Source: Chamaesiphon sp. (lineage in GTDB: Bacteria > Cyanobacteriota > Cyanobacteriia > Cyanobacteriales > Chamaesiphonaceae). Taken from it: a DNA stretch of 47,519 nucleotides. The stretch lies in contig CBDFFH010000040.1 of the NCBI GenBank assembly GCA_965246715.1, positions 1 to 47,519 on the forward strand, in the 5' to 3' direction. The first letter of the stretch is position 1; each line of letters begins with the position of its first letter. A program made the position numbers and the translations under genes. Below, piece by piece: positions 29,095 to 38,293 of the stretch. Under the pieces are notes generated by a model that was not told the DNA's origin, made no database searches, and worked only from the letters and a program-made list of their open reading frames with translations.

Positions 29095-32000
29095 ATGCTA
29101 ACTATTAAAGAATTTTTAACCGATCTGCGCGATCGAGATATCAAATTGTGGCTGGATCGTAACGAAAGTCAAGGCGATATCCGGCTGCGTTGCAACGCGC
29201 CCAAGGGAATATTGACACCAGAAATTCGGAGCCAATTAGCCGATCGCAAAGCTGAAATTATTAATTTCCTTCAATCGACAAACACCGCATCAGACTCGAT
29301 TCAACCAGTCGATCGGATGCTAGATTTACCCCTATCATTCGCTCAAACTAGACTATGGTTTCTCAACCAATTGGATGGATCGAGTGCGACTTATAATATT
29401 CCGGTTGCGCTGGAGTTGAATGGGGAATTAAATATCGCCGCGCTAGAGCGATCGATCTTAGAAATCGTTCGCCGCCATGAGATCCTGCGGACTAGTTTTC
29501 AACTGGTGGGCGATACGCCAGTTCAGGTCATTGTCGAGCCGCCAGATTCGATCGTTTCCGTCGTTGACTTACGATCGATTCCCGTCGCCGAACAGACTAG
29601 CAAGGTGCAGCAATTCGCTGAGGCTGAAGCCCAACAGCCGTTTGACTTAGCAGCTCGATCGTTGCTGAGAGTTACTTTACTCCAACTCAGCGATCGATCT
29701 TATGTGCTGCTGGTGACGATGCACCATACGATCTCGGATGGTTGGTCGATGGGGGTGTTCATTCAGGAGTTGACTGTCCTCTATGCCGCTTATTGTGACC
29801 AACAGCCTTCCCCACTGCCAGAATTATCGATTCAGTATGCGGACTTTGCTTACTGGCAACGGCAATGGTTGACTGGTGATGTGTTGCAAACTCAACTCAA
29901 TTATTGGCGACAACTGCTGACGGGGGCACCGCCATTACTCGAACTGCCCACAGATCGCCCGCGTCCTTCGATTCAGACCTTTCGCGGCAAAACCCAAGAG
30001 TTTCAAATCGATCGCGATTTAACCGACAAGATTAAACCTTTGAGTCAAAAGTCTGGAGCGACGTTATTTATGACGCTGATGGCTGCGTTTGCCACACTCC
30101 TGTATCGTTACAGCGGTCAGGCGGATATCGTCATCGGTTCACCGATCGCGAATCGTAATCGAGAAGAATTAGAGCCATTAATTGGCTTTTTTGTCAATAC
30201 CCTCGTCTTACGGACTCAAGTTCAGGGCAATCTCAGTTTCTTGGAACTACAGGCACGCATCAAAGACATGACCTTGGATGCTCAAGACCATCAGGATTTA
30301 CCATTTGAGAAACTAGTCGAAGAACTTCAGCCCAAGCGGTCGTTGAGCTATACGCCACTGTTTCAGGTGATGTTTGTCTTAGAAAATACGCCGATGCAGG
30401 AGCTGAGTTTACCAGGGCTGACGCTGAAGCCGCTGGAATTGGAAAATGTGAACGCTAAGTTCGACCTGACCCTATCGATCGCCGAGACGGAACTAGGATT
30501 GGAAGGTGCGTGGGAATATAATACCGACTTGTTCGACCCGACCACGATCGAGCGGATGTCGGGGCAGTTCCACACCTTACTCGCGGGGATTGTCGCCAAC
30601 CCCCAACTGAGTGTTGCCCAGTTACCGCTGTTGAGTGATATCGATCGATCTCAGCTATTAGTCGATTGGAATCAGACGCAAACTGACGATCCACTAGATC
30701 TCTGCTTCCACCAATTATTTGAAGCACAGGTTGCACGGAACCCTGACGCAATCGCGGTGGTGTGTGAAGATCGCCACCTGACTTATCAGCAGTTAAACGA
30801 TCGCGCCAATCGGTGGGCACGAGGATTGGTCGAGCGGGGAGTTGCCGCTGAAACCCTCGTTGCGTTGATGCTCGATCGCAATATCGATCTTCTCACCGCT
30901 ATGCTCGCGGTATTCAAAGCTGGGGGAGCTTATCTACCCTTAAATCCGCACCATCCCGCCGAACGGATGCGGCAAGTTTTAGCGCAAAGTCAAGTCTCGA
31001 TCGTGTTGAGTGCGAGTCAATACGCCAGTTTAGCAACCGAATCCAGTCAAGTTCTCCCGCTCGAAGAGTTAGATCGGCTGGATTATCCTAGTGAAAACTT
31101 CCCCAGCCGCTGCACGCCAGACAATCTCGCCTATGTGATTTACACCTCCGGCTCCACTGGCAAGCCCAAAGGTGCCATGCTCGAACAGCGGGGGATGCTC
31201 AATCATCTGTATGCCAAGGTGCAAGCGTTGGAATTAACATCGGCTGATGTCGTCGCACAAACCGCTAGCCAGACTTTTGATATTAGTATTTGGCAATTTC
31301 TGGTAGCTCTATTAGTGGGTGGTAGCGTTGAGATTGTCACCCAGGAAATCGCCGCAGATCCGGCTCAGTTGCTATCGTTTGTCGATCGACAACAGATCTC
31401 GATTCTCGAAGTTGTCCCATCATTACTGCGGATGATGCTGCCGAATCTCACGCTAGGAGATCGATCGGCGCAGCAACTCAACTCCCTTCGCTGGCTCCTC
31501 CTGACTGGAGAAGCCTTACCGCCAGAATTATGCCGTCAATGGTTCGCAGTCTATCCCCAGATTCCGATGATGAATGCCTATGGGCCGACTGAATGCTCCG
31601 ATGATGTCACCCATTATCCGCTCTACCAGACACCCGCAGCTGAACTCTTAAATTTACCGATCGGTCGTCCGGTGGCTAATACTCAACTCTATATCCTCGA
31701 CTCGCTCTTAGAGCCAGTCCCGATTGGCGTTGCTGGCGAACTCTACGTCGGCGGCGTTGGGGTTGGACGCGGTTATTTGAACAATCCCGAACTCACCCAA
31801 CTGACCTTCATTCCCAACCCGTTCGCTCAGGGCAGAATGTACAAAACTGGCGATAAAGCGCGGTATCTGCCCGATGGTCAGATCGAATTTCTCGGTCGCC
31901 TTGACGATCAGGTCAAAGTACGCGGTTTCCGGATCGAATTGGGGGAGATTGAAGCAGTCCTCACCCGCCATCCTCAAGTCGATACAGCGGTGGTCATCGT

Positions 32001-33279
32001 TCGCGAAGATACACCAAATAATCAACATCTGATTGCTTATGTGGTGCCTAATTACTCTGCTGAGGGGCTTACCCACCCCGTCGCTACGCGCCACCCCTCC
32101 CAGGAGGGGATTACTAGTGAATTGCGGGAATTTTTGAAACAGCAGTTGCCTGACTATATGCGACCTTCTGCATTCATCCTGCTGGAGTCCATCCCCCTGA
32201 CTCCCAATGGCAAAGTAGACCGCCGCGCTTTACCCGCACCAGATCTTCAACTCAGCTTGAATACTAACTTTGTACCGCCGCGCAATGCGATCGAACTCCA
32301 ACTGATGCAGATCTGGGAGGAAGTCCTCCACGTTCACCCGATCGGGATTCGCGATAACTTCTTCGATCTCGGCGGTCATTCTCTCTTAGCGGTGACATTG
32401 ACAGCCAAGATTCAGCAACATTTCGATCGCCAGATCTCCCTCGCCGCTTTATTCCAAGGTGGCACGATCGAAGAATTGGCGGTCATGCTTGCTGCTCAAC
32501 CCGATACCTCAATTTCATCCACCATCATTCCCCTCCAACCCTACGGTAGCAAGCCCCCCTTCTTCTGCGTCCACCCAGGTGGTGGCACGGTCTTGGCATA
32601 TCTCGATCTCGCCCAATCGATCGATCCCGCTCGACCATTTTATGGACTCGAATCGCTGGAGTTGAGCGAATCACAACAACTACTCAATACGGTCGAAGCG
32701 ATGGCGGCGCACTATATCGCAGCGATGCAGACAGTTCAACCCCAAGGGCCATATGCGATCGGTGGTTGGAGTCTGGGCGGCTTAGTTGCCTTTGAGATGG
32801 CACAACAGTTACAGGCGCAAGGACAGGAGTTATCCTGTCTCGCCTTATTAGATACCTATCCATTTACCGAAATCGAAACATTTAACGAAGCCGCCGATGC
32901 TGAATTTATCGACGAGCTACTCGCCCGCAGTCAGACCCCAGTCTTGGGTGCAATACCTGAAGCAGATCTAACCCAAGCGCAACGGTTGCTCCAACTCTTC
33001 AAAAGCCATATCGCCGCCGCAAATCAATATACTCCCCAGCCATATCCAGGCAAAGTTACCCTCTTCCTCGCAGAAGATGGTGTAGCCGCAGATGCCGAAG
33101 ACCCCACTATCGGCTGGGAAAACCTCGCCCGCGCCGGAGTTGAGATCCACTGGCTCCCTGGCGATCATCACACGATGGTCGCTCAACCTCATGTGCAGCA
33201 GTTAGCCGCTCAACTTCAATTTTGTCTCGATCGATCTTTAACAACTCAGGGAGGACACCAACATGCTCAGACAGTTTAG
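29095..33279 (+). CDS. NRPS 3: TubC-type docking domain - C - A(Dap/Dab-type) - T - TE
   Basis: N-terminal LRDRDIKLW...LRCNAPKGILTPEIRSQLADRKAEIINFL, HHTISDGWS, code DIWELTADDK, LGGHSL, and TE motifs GWSLGG and GDHHTM. Confidence 0.95.
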   Translation: MLTIKEFLTDLRDRDIKLWLDRNESQGDIRLRCNAPKGILTPEIRSQLADRKAEIINFLQSTNTASDSIQPVDRMLDLPLSFAQTRLWFLNQLDGSSATYNIPVALELNGELNIAALERSILEIVRRHEILRTSFQLVGDTPVQVIVEPPDSIVSVVDLRSIPVAEQTSKVQQFAEAEAQQPFDLAARSLLRVTLLQLSDRSYVLLVTMHHTISDGWSMGVFIQELTVLYAAYCDQQPSPLPELSIQYADFAYWQRQWLTGDVLQTQLNYWRQLLTGAPPLLELPTDRPRPSIQTFRGKTQEFQIDRDLTDKIKPLSQKSGATLFMTLMAAFATLLYRYSGQADIVIGSPIANRNREELEPLIGFFVNTLVLRTQVQGNLSFLELQARIKDMTLDAQDHQDLPFEKLVEELQPKRSLSYTPLFQVMFVLENTPMQELSLPGLTLKPLELENVNAKFDLTLSIAETELGLEGAWEYNTDLFDPTTIERMSGQFHTLLAGIVANPQLSVAQLPLLSDIDRSQLLVDWNQTQTDDPLDLCFHQLFEAQVARNPDAIAVVCEDRHLTYQQLNDRANRWARGLVERGVAAETLVALMLDRNIDLLTAMLAVFKAGGAYLPLNPHHPAERMRQVLAQSQVSIVLSASQYASLATESSQVLPLEELDRLDYPSENFPSRCTPDNLAYVIYTSGSTGKPKGAMLEQRGMLNHLYAKVQALELTSADVVAQTASQTFDISIWQFLVALLVGGSVEIVTQEIAADPAQLLSFVDRQQISILEVVPSLLRMMLPNLTLGDRSAQQLNSLRWLLLTGEALPPELCRQWFAVYPQIPMMNAYGPTECSDDVTHYPLYQTPAAELLNLPIGRPVANTQLYILDSLLEPVPIGVAGELYVGGVGVGRGYLNNPELTQLTFIPNPFAQGRMYKTGDKARYLPDGQIEFLGRLDDQVKVRGFRIELGEIEAVLTRHPQVDTAVVIVREDTPNNQHLIAYVVPNYSAEGLTHPVATRHPSQEGITSELREFLKQQLPDYMRPSAFILLESIPLTPNGKVDRRALPAPDLQLSLNTNFVPPRNAIELQLMQIWEEVLHVHPIGIRDNFFDLGGHSLLAVTLTAKIQQHFDRQISLAALFQGGTIEELAVMLAAQPDTSISSTIIPLQPYGSKPPFFCVHPGGGTVLAYLDLAQSIDPARPFYGLESLELSESQQLLNTVEAMAAHYIAAMQTVQPQGPYAIGGWSLGGLVAFEMAQQLQAQGQELSCLALLDTYPFTEIETFNEAADAEFIDELLARSQTPVLGAIPEADLTQAQRLLQLFKSHIAAANQYTPQPYPGKVTLFLAEDGVAADAEDPTIGWENLARAGVEIHWLPGDHHTMVAQPHVQQLAAQLQFCLDRSLTTQGGHQHAQTV
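32071..32112 (+). repeat. In-frame palindromic element in A4
   Basis: ACCCACCCCGTCGCTACGCGCCACCCCTCCCAGGAGGGGATT, encoding THPVATRHPSQEG. Confidence 0.9.
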
Positions 33280-34570
33280 ACGGGCAGGCGGGATGGGTGT
33301 CTTCACCCTAGTTTGGCTCGGTCAAATGGTCTCGATTATCGGTTCGGGGCTGACTAGTTTTGCCCTAGATATTTGGGTCTATCAACATACCAGATCGGTG
33401 ACTCAGTTCGCCTTTGCGTCCCTCTGTACCCTATTGCCACCACTGCTGTTATCGCCGATCGCGGGTGCGCTAGTCGATCGCTGGAACCGCCGCTGGTGCA
33501 TGATCCTCAGCGACTTAGGTACGGGATTATGTGTGGTAGCGATCGCCATACTCGTATTTAGCAATCGGCTAGAAGTCTGGCACGTCTATATCGCCGTCGC
33601 GATCGCCTCCACCTTCGGTGCCTTCCAATCCCCCGCCTATCATGCCTCCATTGCCATGCTAGTGCCCAAAGCACACCTCCATCGAGCCAATAGTATGATT
33701 CAGACCGGAGATGCCCTCGCCATGCTGTTGCCGCCCGTTCTCGGCGGGTTCTTGCTCGTCAGTTTGGGACTCCCAGGTGTGATCGCGATCGATTTTGGTA
33801 CCTTCTTGTTTTCGATCTGCACCCTGCTCCTCGTCCGCATTCCCGACCCCGAACCCACGGCGGATACAGATCGTCCGGTCTCGTTCTGGGCGGAGGTAGC
33901 CTATGGCTGGAAGTATATCCAAGCTAGACCGGGATTGATGGGTCTGATGCTGATCTTTATGGTGGGCAACTTCGTCCTGGCGATCGTCAGTCAACTAATC
34001 GCGCCCCTAGTCTTATCCTTTGCCGATGCTGGCGTACTAGGCATCGTCTACGCGATCGATGGTGTCGGAATGCTCCTCGGCACTCTGCTGATTAGCATGG
34101 GTAAAACTCCCTCCCGCCAAGTATCGGCAATCCTCGGATTTCAACTGTTAGGTGGATTTTGCTTGTTATTAACTGGGTTCCAAGCATCGATTCCGCCGAT
34201 CGCGCTAGCGACGTTCCTGTTTAGCTTTGGTTCGACAATTATTAATATCTCCAGCCAATATATCTGGCAAACCAAAGTTGCCCCCAATGTACAAGGTCGG
34301 GTCTTTGCCGTCGAACGAATGCTCGGGAGTTCCTTACAACCATTTGCCTACATTCTCGTTGGGCCATTAGCCGATCGAGTGTTCGAGCCTTTAATGGCTG
34401 TAGATGGTGCTTTAGCGGGTAGTGTCGGTCAAATTATCGGGGTTGGTGCCGGTCGAGGCATCGGTCTAATGTTTATCCTGATGGGCGCGATGACGATCGT
34501 CACCACTGTAGCTGGTTATCAGTATCCTCGGCTGCGGTTACTAGAGGATGAATTAGCCGACCAGATCTAG
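33263..34570 (+). CDS. MFS transporter (macrolide-efflux/DHA3-like), probable exporter for the NRPS product
   Basis: About 12 hydrophobic segments, GALVDRWNRR (MFS motif A) and QGRVFA. Overlaps the NRPS 3 stop; GGAGG RBS. Confidence 0.92.
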   Translation: MLRQFRRAGGMGVFTLVWLGQMVSIIGSGLTSFALDIWVYQHTRSVTQFAFASLCTLLPPLLLSPIAGALVDRWNRRWCMILSDLGTGLCVVAIAILVFSNRLEVWHVYIAVAIASTFGAFQSPAYHASIAMLVPKAHLHRANSMIQTGDALAMLLPPVLGGFLLVSLGLPGVIAIDFGTFLFSICTLLLVRIPDPEPTADTDRPVSFWAEVAYGWKYIQARPGLMGLMLIFMVGNFVLAIVSQLIAPLVLSFADAGVLGIVYAIDGVGMLLGTLLISMGKTPSRQVSAILGFQLLGGFCLLLTGFQASIPPIALATFLFSFGSTIINISSQYIWQTKVAPNVQGRVFAVERMLGSSLQPFAYILVGPLADRVFEPLMAVDGALAGSVGQIIGVGAGRGIGLMFILMGAMTIVTTVAGYQYPRLRLLEDELADQI

Positions 34571-34631
34571 AATGCTTGGTTCTGGACAAGCCAAATTATC
34601 GCCTAAAATCTAGTGGTGAGCAATGCCCATC

Positions 34632-35108
34632 CTACATTTCTTTTGATTTGTAAGATGCCCAGCCAATCAAATCTGATAAAGTTTGATTGACCATTTCGGT
34701 GTCAGCAACAGTAAGCAAGATTTCACAACCATTATTGCTGGTAATTTCTAGATTTTTATTTTCAATGAAAGCTTTGAAATTACCTAGTTTCCACATTTTT
34801 TCTATGCCGATAGAGCATTTAGATATATCACAATAGTCTAGCCGATCGTAATAATTATTTTGACAATAATGTATTCCATAGTTACCTAATGCTATCCATT
34901 GAGTTCGAGCGATAGGTGAAATAACCAATAATTCCTCATCCGCTCTAAGCAAAATTGAATTTAACAAATATGTCTTAAATTCTTTATCAATCTCTGAAAA
35001 AAGTTTGGTATTAAGATTTTCACGATTCTTGCGTTTTATCTTATATATTGAACAGATTATTTCAGAATCAATTATTTGCGATGTAATCTTTCTATCCGTG
35101 TTGTCCAT
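34632..35108 (-). CDS. Hypothetical protein (AT-rich)
   Basis: 158 aa ATG-started ORF with no recognised motif. Confidence 0.55.
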   Translation of the reverse strand: MDNTDRKITSQIIDSEIICSIYKIKRKNRENLNTKLFSEIDKEFKTYLLNSILLRADEELLVISPIARTQWIALGNYGIHYCQNNYYDRLDYCDISKCSIGIEKMWKLGNFKAFIENKNLEITSNNGCEILLTVADTEMVNQTLSDLIGWASYKSKEM

Positions 35109-35132
35109 AAGTTCGTTTCGCAGGGTAAAGTA

Positions 35133-35601
35133 ACGTCAGTTCGGGATAAGAAAAGGAGGGGGCGTTAAGCTAAAAGGTATTACTATCAACGATTTAGCAC
35201 CCCCTCCTATGAATAGTTTAGATGCATTATTCTGTGATATCGACAATTTCTGCCAAAAGTTTGAACCGAGCTGGCACTTACAACTCATTTCCGATGGGAG
35301 CAAAACCCATGCAATTGCAACAAGCCTCTGTCTTGTTGCAATTGCATGGGTGGGAAACCCGCCCGCATTGCACCGCTGCCTGAGTGAAATCATGACGATT
35401 TTGAGAACATTTCATCAGCACCATTACCGAAATTTTAAGCATTATTACATCGACCATGTGAGTGTTTATTGGGCAAATGCTTTCCCCCAATTGCCCAGCT
35501 ATCAACGGTTCATTGAATGGATACCTCAGACACTGATGCCCTTGTGTGTTCATCTCAAGCAGTGTTTTGGTGCTTGCACAGGGAAATGTCAATCTCTTTA
35601 G
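35133..35601 (+). pseudogene. Truncated IS982-family element (left end plus N-terminal transposase fragment)
   Basis: End-like ACGTCAGTTCGGGATAAG; ORF 35209..35601 has LFCDIDNFCQKF, LSEIMTIL, YRNFKHYY and FPQLPSYQRFIE, and stops before the DDE core. Confidence 0.82.
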
Positions 35602-35637
35602 TAGAGAAATATGAAACCCAACAGCCTCAGCTCGAAC

Positions 35638-36597
35638 TCATATCATCTTTTTTCGACGTAATGTGTAAAGAATAAACAGTATAAATATTACCGTTCCGGC
35701 CAGATATTTTCCCGGACTCGGAATGAAATCTTGAGGTGAGAAGAAGCCTTCGATCGCCCCAGCAATTAATAACATCGGTACTACTCCCAGTACCAATTGT
35801 GCTGCTTGTAAACCATAGATTCGTACAGCATCGCGTCGGCGATAGCTACCAGGAAATAATAGCCCTCTGGCGATTAATAAACCGCCCCCACCAGCAATAA
35901 AAATCGCGGGTAATTCTAATGCGCCGTGCGGAAAAACGAATGCCCAGAAGGGATAGCCTAAGCCATTTTGCCCGACTAAAGTGCCGACCGCACCAATTAA
36001 TAATCCATTATAAAATAGGGCATAAATCGTCCACAACCCAACTAAAATTCCACCGCCAACCATCTTGAAGGCAACACTCAAATTGTTAATTGCGATGCTA
36101 GTTGCGGCAAAAGGTTCCGTTCCCAAGATCGAACCCATCCACAGTTGATGTCGATCTCGGACTTTCTCAATCATCGATTCGGGAACGATTAGCGACATAA
36201 AGCTGGCATCTTGCCAGGAACACCACCACGCAATCAGCCCACCAACTAAAAACAATCCAAACGCGATCGCAGTATATCCCCACGTTTGCCGCAACACCTG
36301 TGGTAACTCCCAACGATAAAAATCGATCGCTCCTTGCAATTCCTGTCGCCGCGAACCGCGATAAATCTGGCTATATCCGCGTGTAGTTAGTGCCTGTAGC
36401 TCTTGGACGATTGTTTGGCCGATCTGGTTGGTATTCGCGCGGGCCAAATCTGCTGCTACAGAGCGATACAAACTCGATAATTTACTTATTTCCTTAGCAT
36501 TTAACGATTTGATTCCACGCTGTTGGGCGCGTTGCAGCAATCGATCTAATTCCTGCCATTGTGCTTCGCGTCGGGCAATCCAGCGTTGAACGTTCAT
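35638..36597 (-). CDS. Stage II sporulation protein M-like (DUF95) membrane protein
   Basis: LYRSVAADLARA, INNLSVAF, PHGALELPAIFIAGG and IAGAIEGFFSP. Confidence 0.88.
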   Translation of the reverse strand: MNVQRWIARREAQWQELDRLLQRAQQRGIKSLNAKEISKLSSLYRSVAADLARANTNQIGQTIVQELQALTTRGYSQIYRGSRRQELQGAIDFYRWELPQVLRQTWGYTAIAFGLFLVGGLIAWWCSWQDASFMSLIVPESMIEKVRDRHQLWMGSILGTEPFAATSIAINNLSVAFKMVGGGILVGLWTIYALFYNGLLIGAVGTLVGQNGLGYPFWAFVFPHGALELPAIFIAGGGGLLIARGLLFPGSYRRRDAVRIYGLQAAQLVLGVVPMLLIAGAIEGFFSPQDFIPSPGKYLAGTVIFILFILYTLRRKKMI

Positions 36598-36642
36598 AAA
36601 GGGAGGTGGTTAGTGGCTAATTAATAATAAAGTGCGATATTT

Positions 36643-36755
36643 GGCCCTGCTGAATATGGTTATGAAATTTAGGGTAGGGGCAATTCATGAATTGCCCCTA
36701 CCCTAAATTTTAGGGATTGCCTTGCAATTAAATCATACCCAAATTCAGCAATGCC
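36643..36755. mobile_element. 113 bp MITE carrying a perfect 46 bp palindrome
   Basis: Imperfect 23 bp inverted ends GGCCCTGCTGAATATGGTTATGA and TCATACCCAAATTCAGCAATGCC. 8 bp target duplication CGATATTT at 36635-36642 and 36756-36763. Palindrome at 36665-36710. Confidence 0.82.
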
Positions 36756-36837
36756 CGATATTTAATATCTGAACCGACCGAGGATAATGCACCTTATTCG
36801 TTATCCTCCAACCCAGCCACTAACAACTAGTGACTTC

Positions 36838-38004
36838 TTACAGTATTCCAAACAGATGCAATGGCCCACGACCGCTGATTAATTCGACGACGATGCCGAT
36901 AAAACCTAACATTGCCAACCGACCATTCCATACTTCCGCCGCATTAGTCAGACCCATTTCCCATTTCTCTTGTGGGTACATCTTGATCTTCTTCTTCATC
37001 TTGGTCACTTGAGCGATATCCACAGCAGGTGCGGCGGCAGCTTTGAGGACGAGATCGACGAGTGTTTTGATGAAGACTGGGTTGGTGTCGAGCGCAGGGA
37101 CGCGGTTGAAGGTGTGAATGCCAGCTTCTTCGGCGATTTCGCGATATTCGATATCGATTTCTTCGAGCGTTTCGATGTGCTCGGAAACAAAGCTAATCGG
37201 GACGACGACTAATTCGGTGACTCCCTGCTCGGCTAATTGGACGATCGCATCTTCGGTATAAGGTTGAAGCCATTCAATCGGGCCAACTTTACTCTGATAA
37301 GCGAGAGAATGCTCGTTTTGTCGTCCTAAGGTTTGGACGATCGATTTGGTACAATCTTCGATCTCCAGCTGATAAGGATCGCCAGCCTCTTCCACATAGC
37401 TGACTGGTACACCATGCGCGCTAAAGAATAGGTGCGCGCGATCTGGATTGGGACATTTATCGATTTCGGTGGCAATCAATTCGGACATGGCTTGGAGATA
37501 TCCAGGCTCTTTATACCAATCAGCAATTGCGGTGTAGCGAGGTGGCTGAAGCTTGGGATTTTCATTCCAGATTTTCTCGATCGCGCGGAAACTCGAACCG
37601 CTCGTACTGATCGAAAACTGAGGATACAACGGCAGAATCACCAATTGCTCGATCCCATCTCGCTCGATCTCGACGAGGGCATCTTCAGTAAATGGGTGCC
37701 AATAACGCATGCCAATATAAACTTTGGCATCTTCTTCCCCCTGCGCGTGCAACCCAGCTTCGAGCGCGCGGGCTTGCTCCTCGGTAATGCGACGCAGCGG
37801 CGATCCACCGCCAATCTTCTCATAATTTGCCTGAGATTTCTTGGCCCGTGAAGTTGAAATAATCCAAGCTAACGGTTTTTGGAACGCAGCGATCGGAATC
37901 CGAATAATTTCCGGGTCGGAAAATAGGTTAAATAAGAACGGACGCACATCCGATAATTGCTCCGGCCCGCCCAAATTTAGTAGTAAAACCCCTAATCGAC
38001 CCAT
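36838..38004 (-). CDS. hemH: Ferrochelatase with C-terminal CAB/HLIP-like domain
   Basis: [30 protein letters not shown] and [12 protein letters not shown]-terminal [13 protein letters not shown]. Confidence 0.97.
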   Translation of the reverse strand: MGRLGVLLLNLGGPEQLSDVRPFLFNLFSDPEIIRIPIAAFQKPLAWIISTSRAKKSQANYEKIGGGSPLRRITEEQARALEAGLHAQGEEDAKVYIGMRYWHPFTEDALVEIERDGIEQLVILPLYPQFSISTSGSSFRAIEKIWNENPKLQPPRYTAIADWYKEPGYLQAMSELIATEIDKCPNPDRAHLFFSAHGVPVSYVEEAGDPYQLEIEDCTKSIVQTLGRQNEHSLAYQSKVGPIEWLQPYTEDAIVQLAEQGVTELVVVPISFVSEHIETLEEIDIEYREIAEEAGIHTFNRVPALDTNPVFIKTLVDLVLKAAAAPAVDIAQVTKMKKKIKMYPQEKWEMGLTNAAEVWNGRLAMLGFIGIVVELISGRGPLHLFGIL

Positions 38005-38293
38005 AACGGCTGCGTTTTCCCAGTGTGTTGCAAATTCTTCATCAATTTTAACAATTATATGGTTTTAACGATAGGGGTTGATGCATCCCGATACATAAAT
38101 TTAATTTTACTCGATCGATCTACTTCGGCCGTGAGGCGATGCTGCTGGATCTCGACAATCGCCAGCAGCGTTAACATCTCTGGAATCTAGACAGTCACTT
38201 GCCAGACAGGATAGTGAAGTGTTATATTACACAAGATTGCCAAACATTGATTTATAATATCTAGTGTGAGCCTTTGGTAAGTAGGAGAAGTCG

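Noticed and set aside
29095..33279. Monobactam (sulfazecin-like) pathway because of a terminal Dap
   Set aside because: No sulfotransferase, epimerisation domain or tailoring genes are present, and the TE has an ordinary Ser nucleophile (GWSLGG).
16518..34570. Staphyloferrin B or pyoverdine-type siderophore cluster
   Set aside because: There are no NIS synthetases, TonB-dependent receptor, E domain, acyl starter or chromophore-maturation genes in the window. The Fur-like AATGATAAATCTTC at ~15791 is too weak to call.
36838..36970. Chlorophyll-binding (CAB/HLIP) tail on ferrochelatase as a novel fusion
   Set aside because: This is a standard feature of cyanobacterial HemH.
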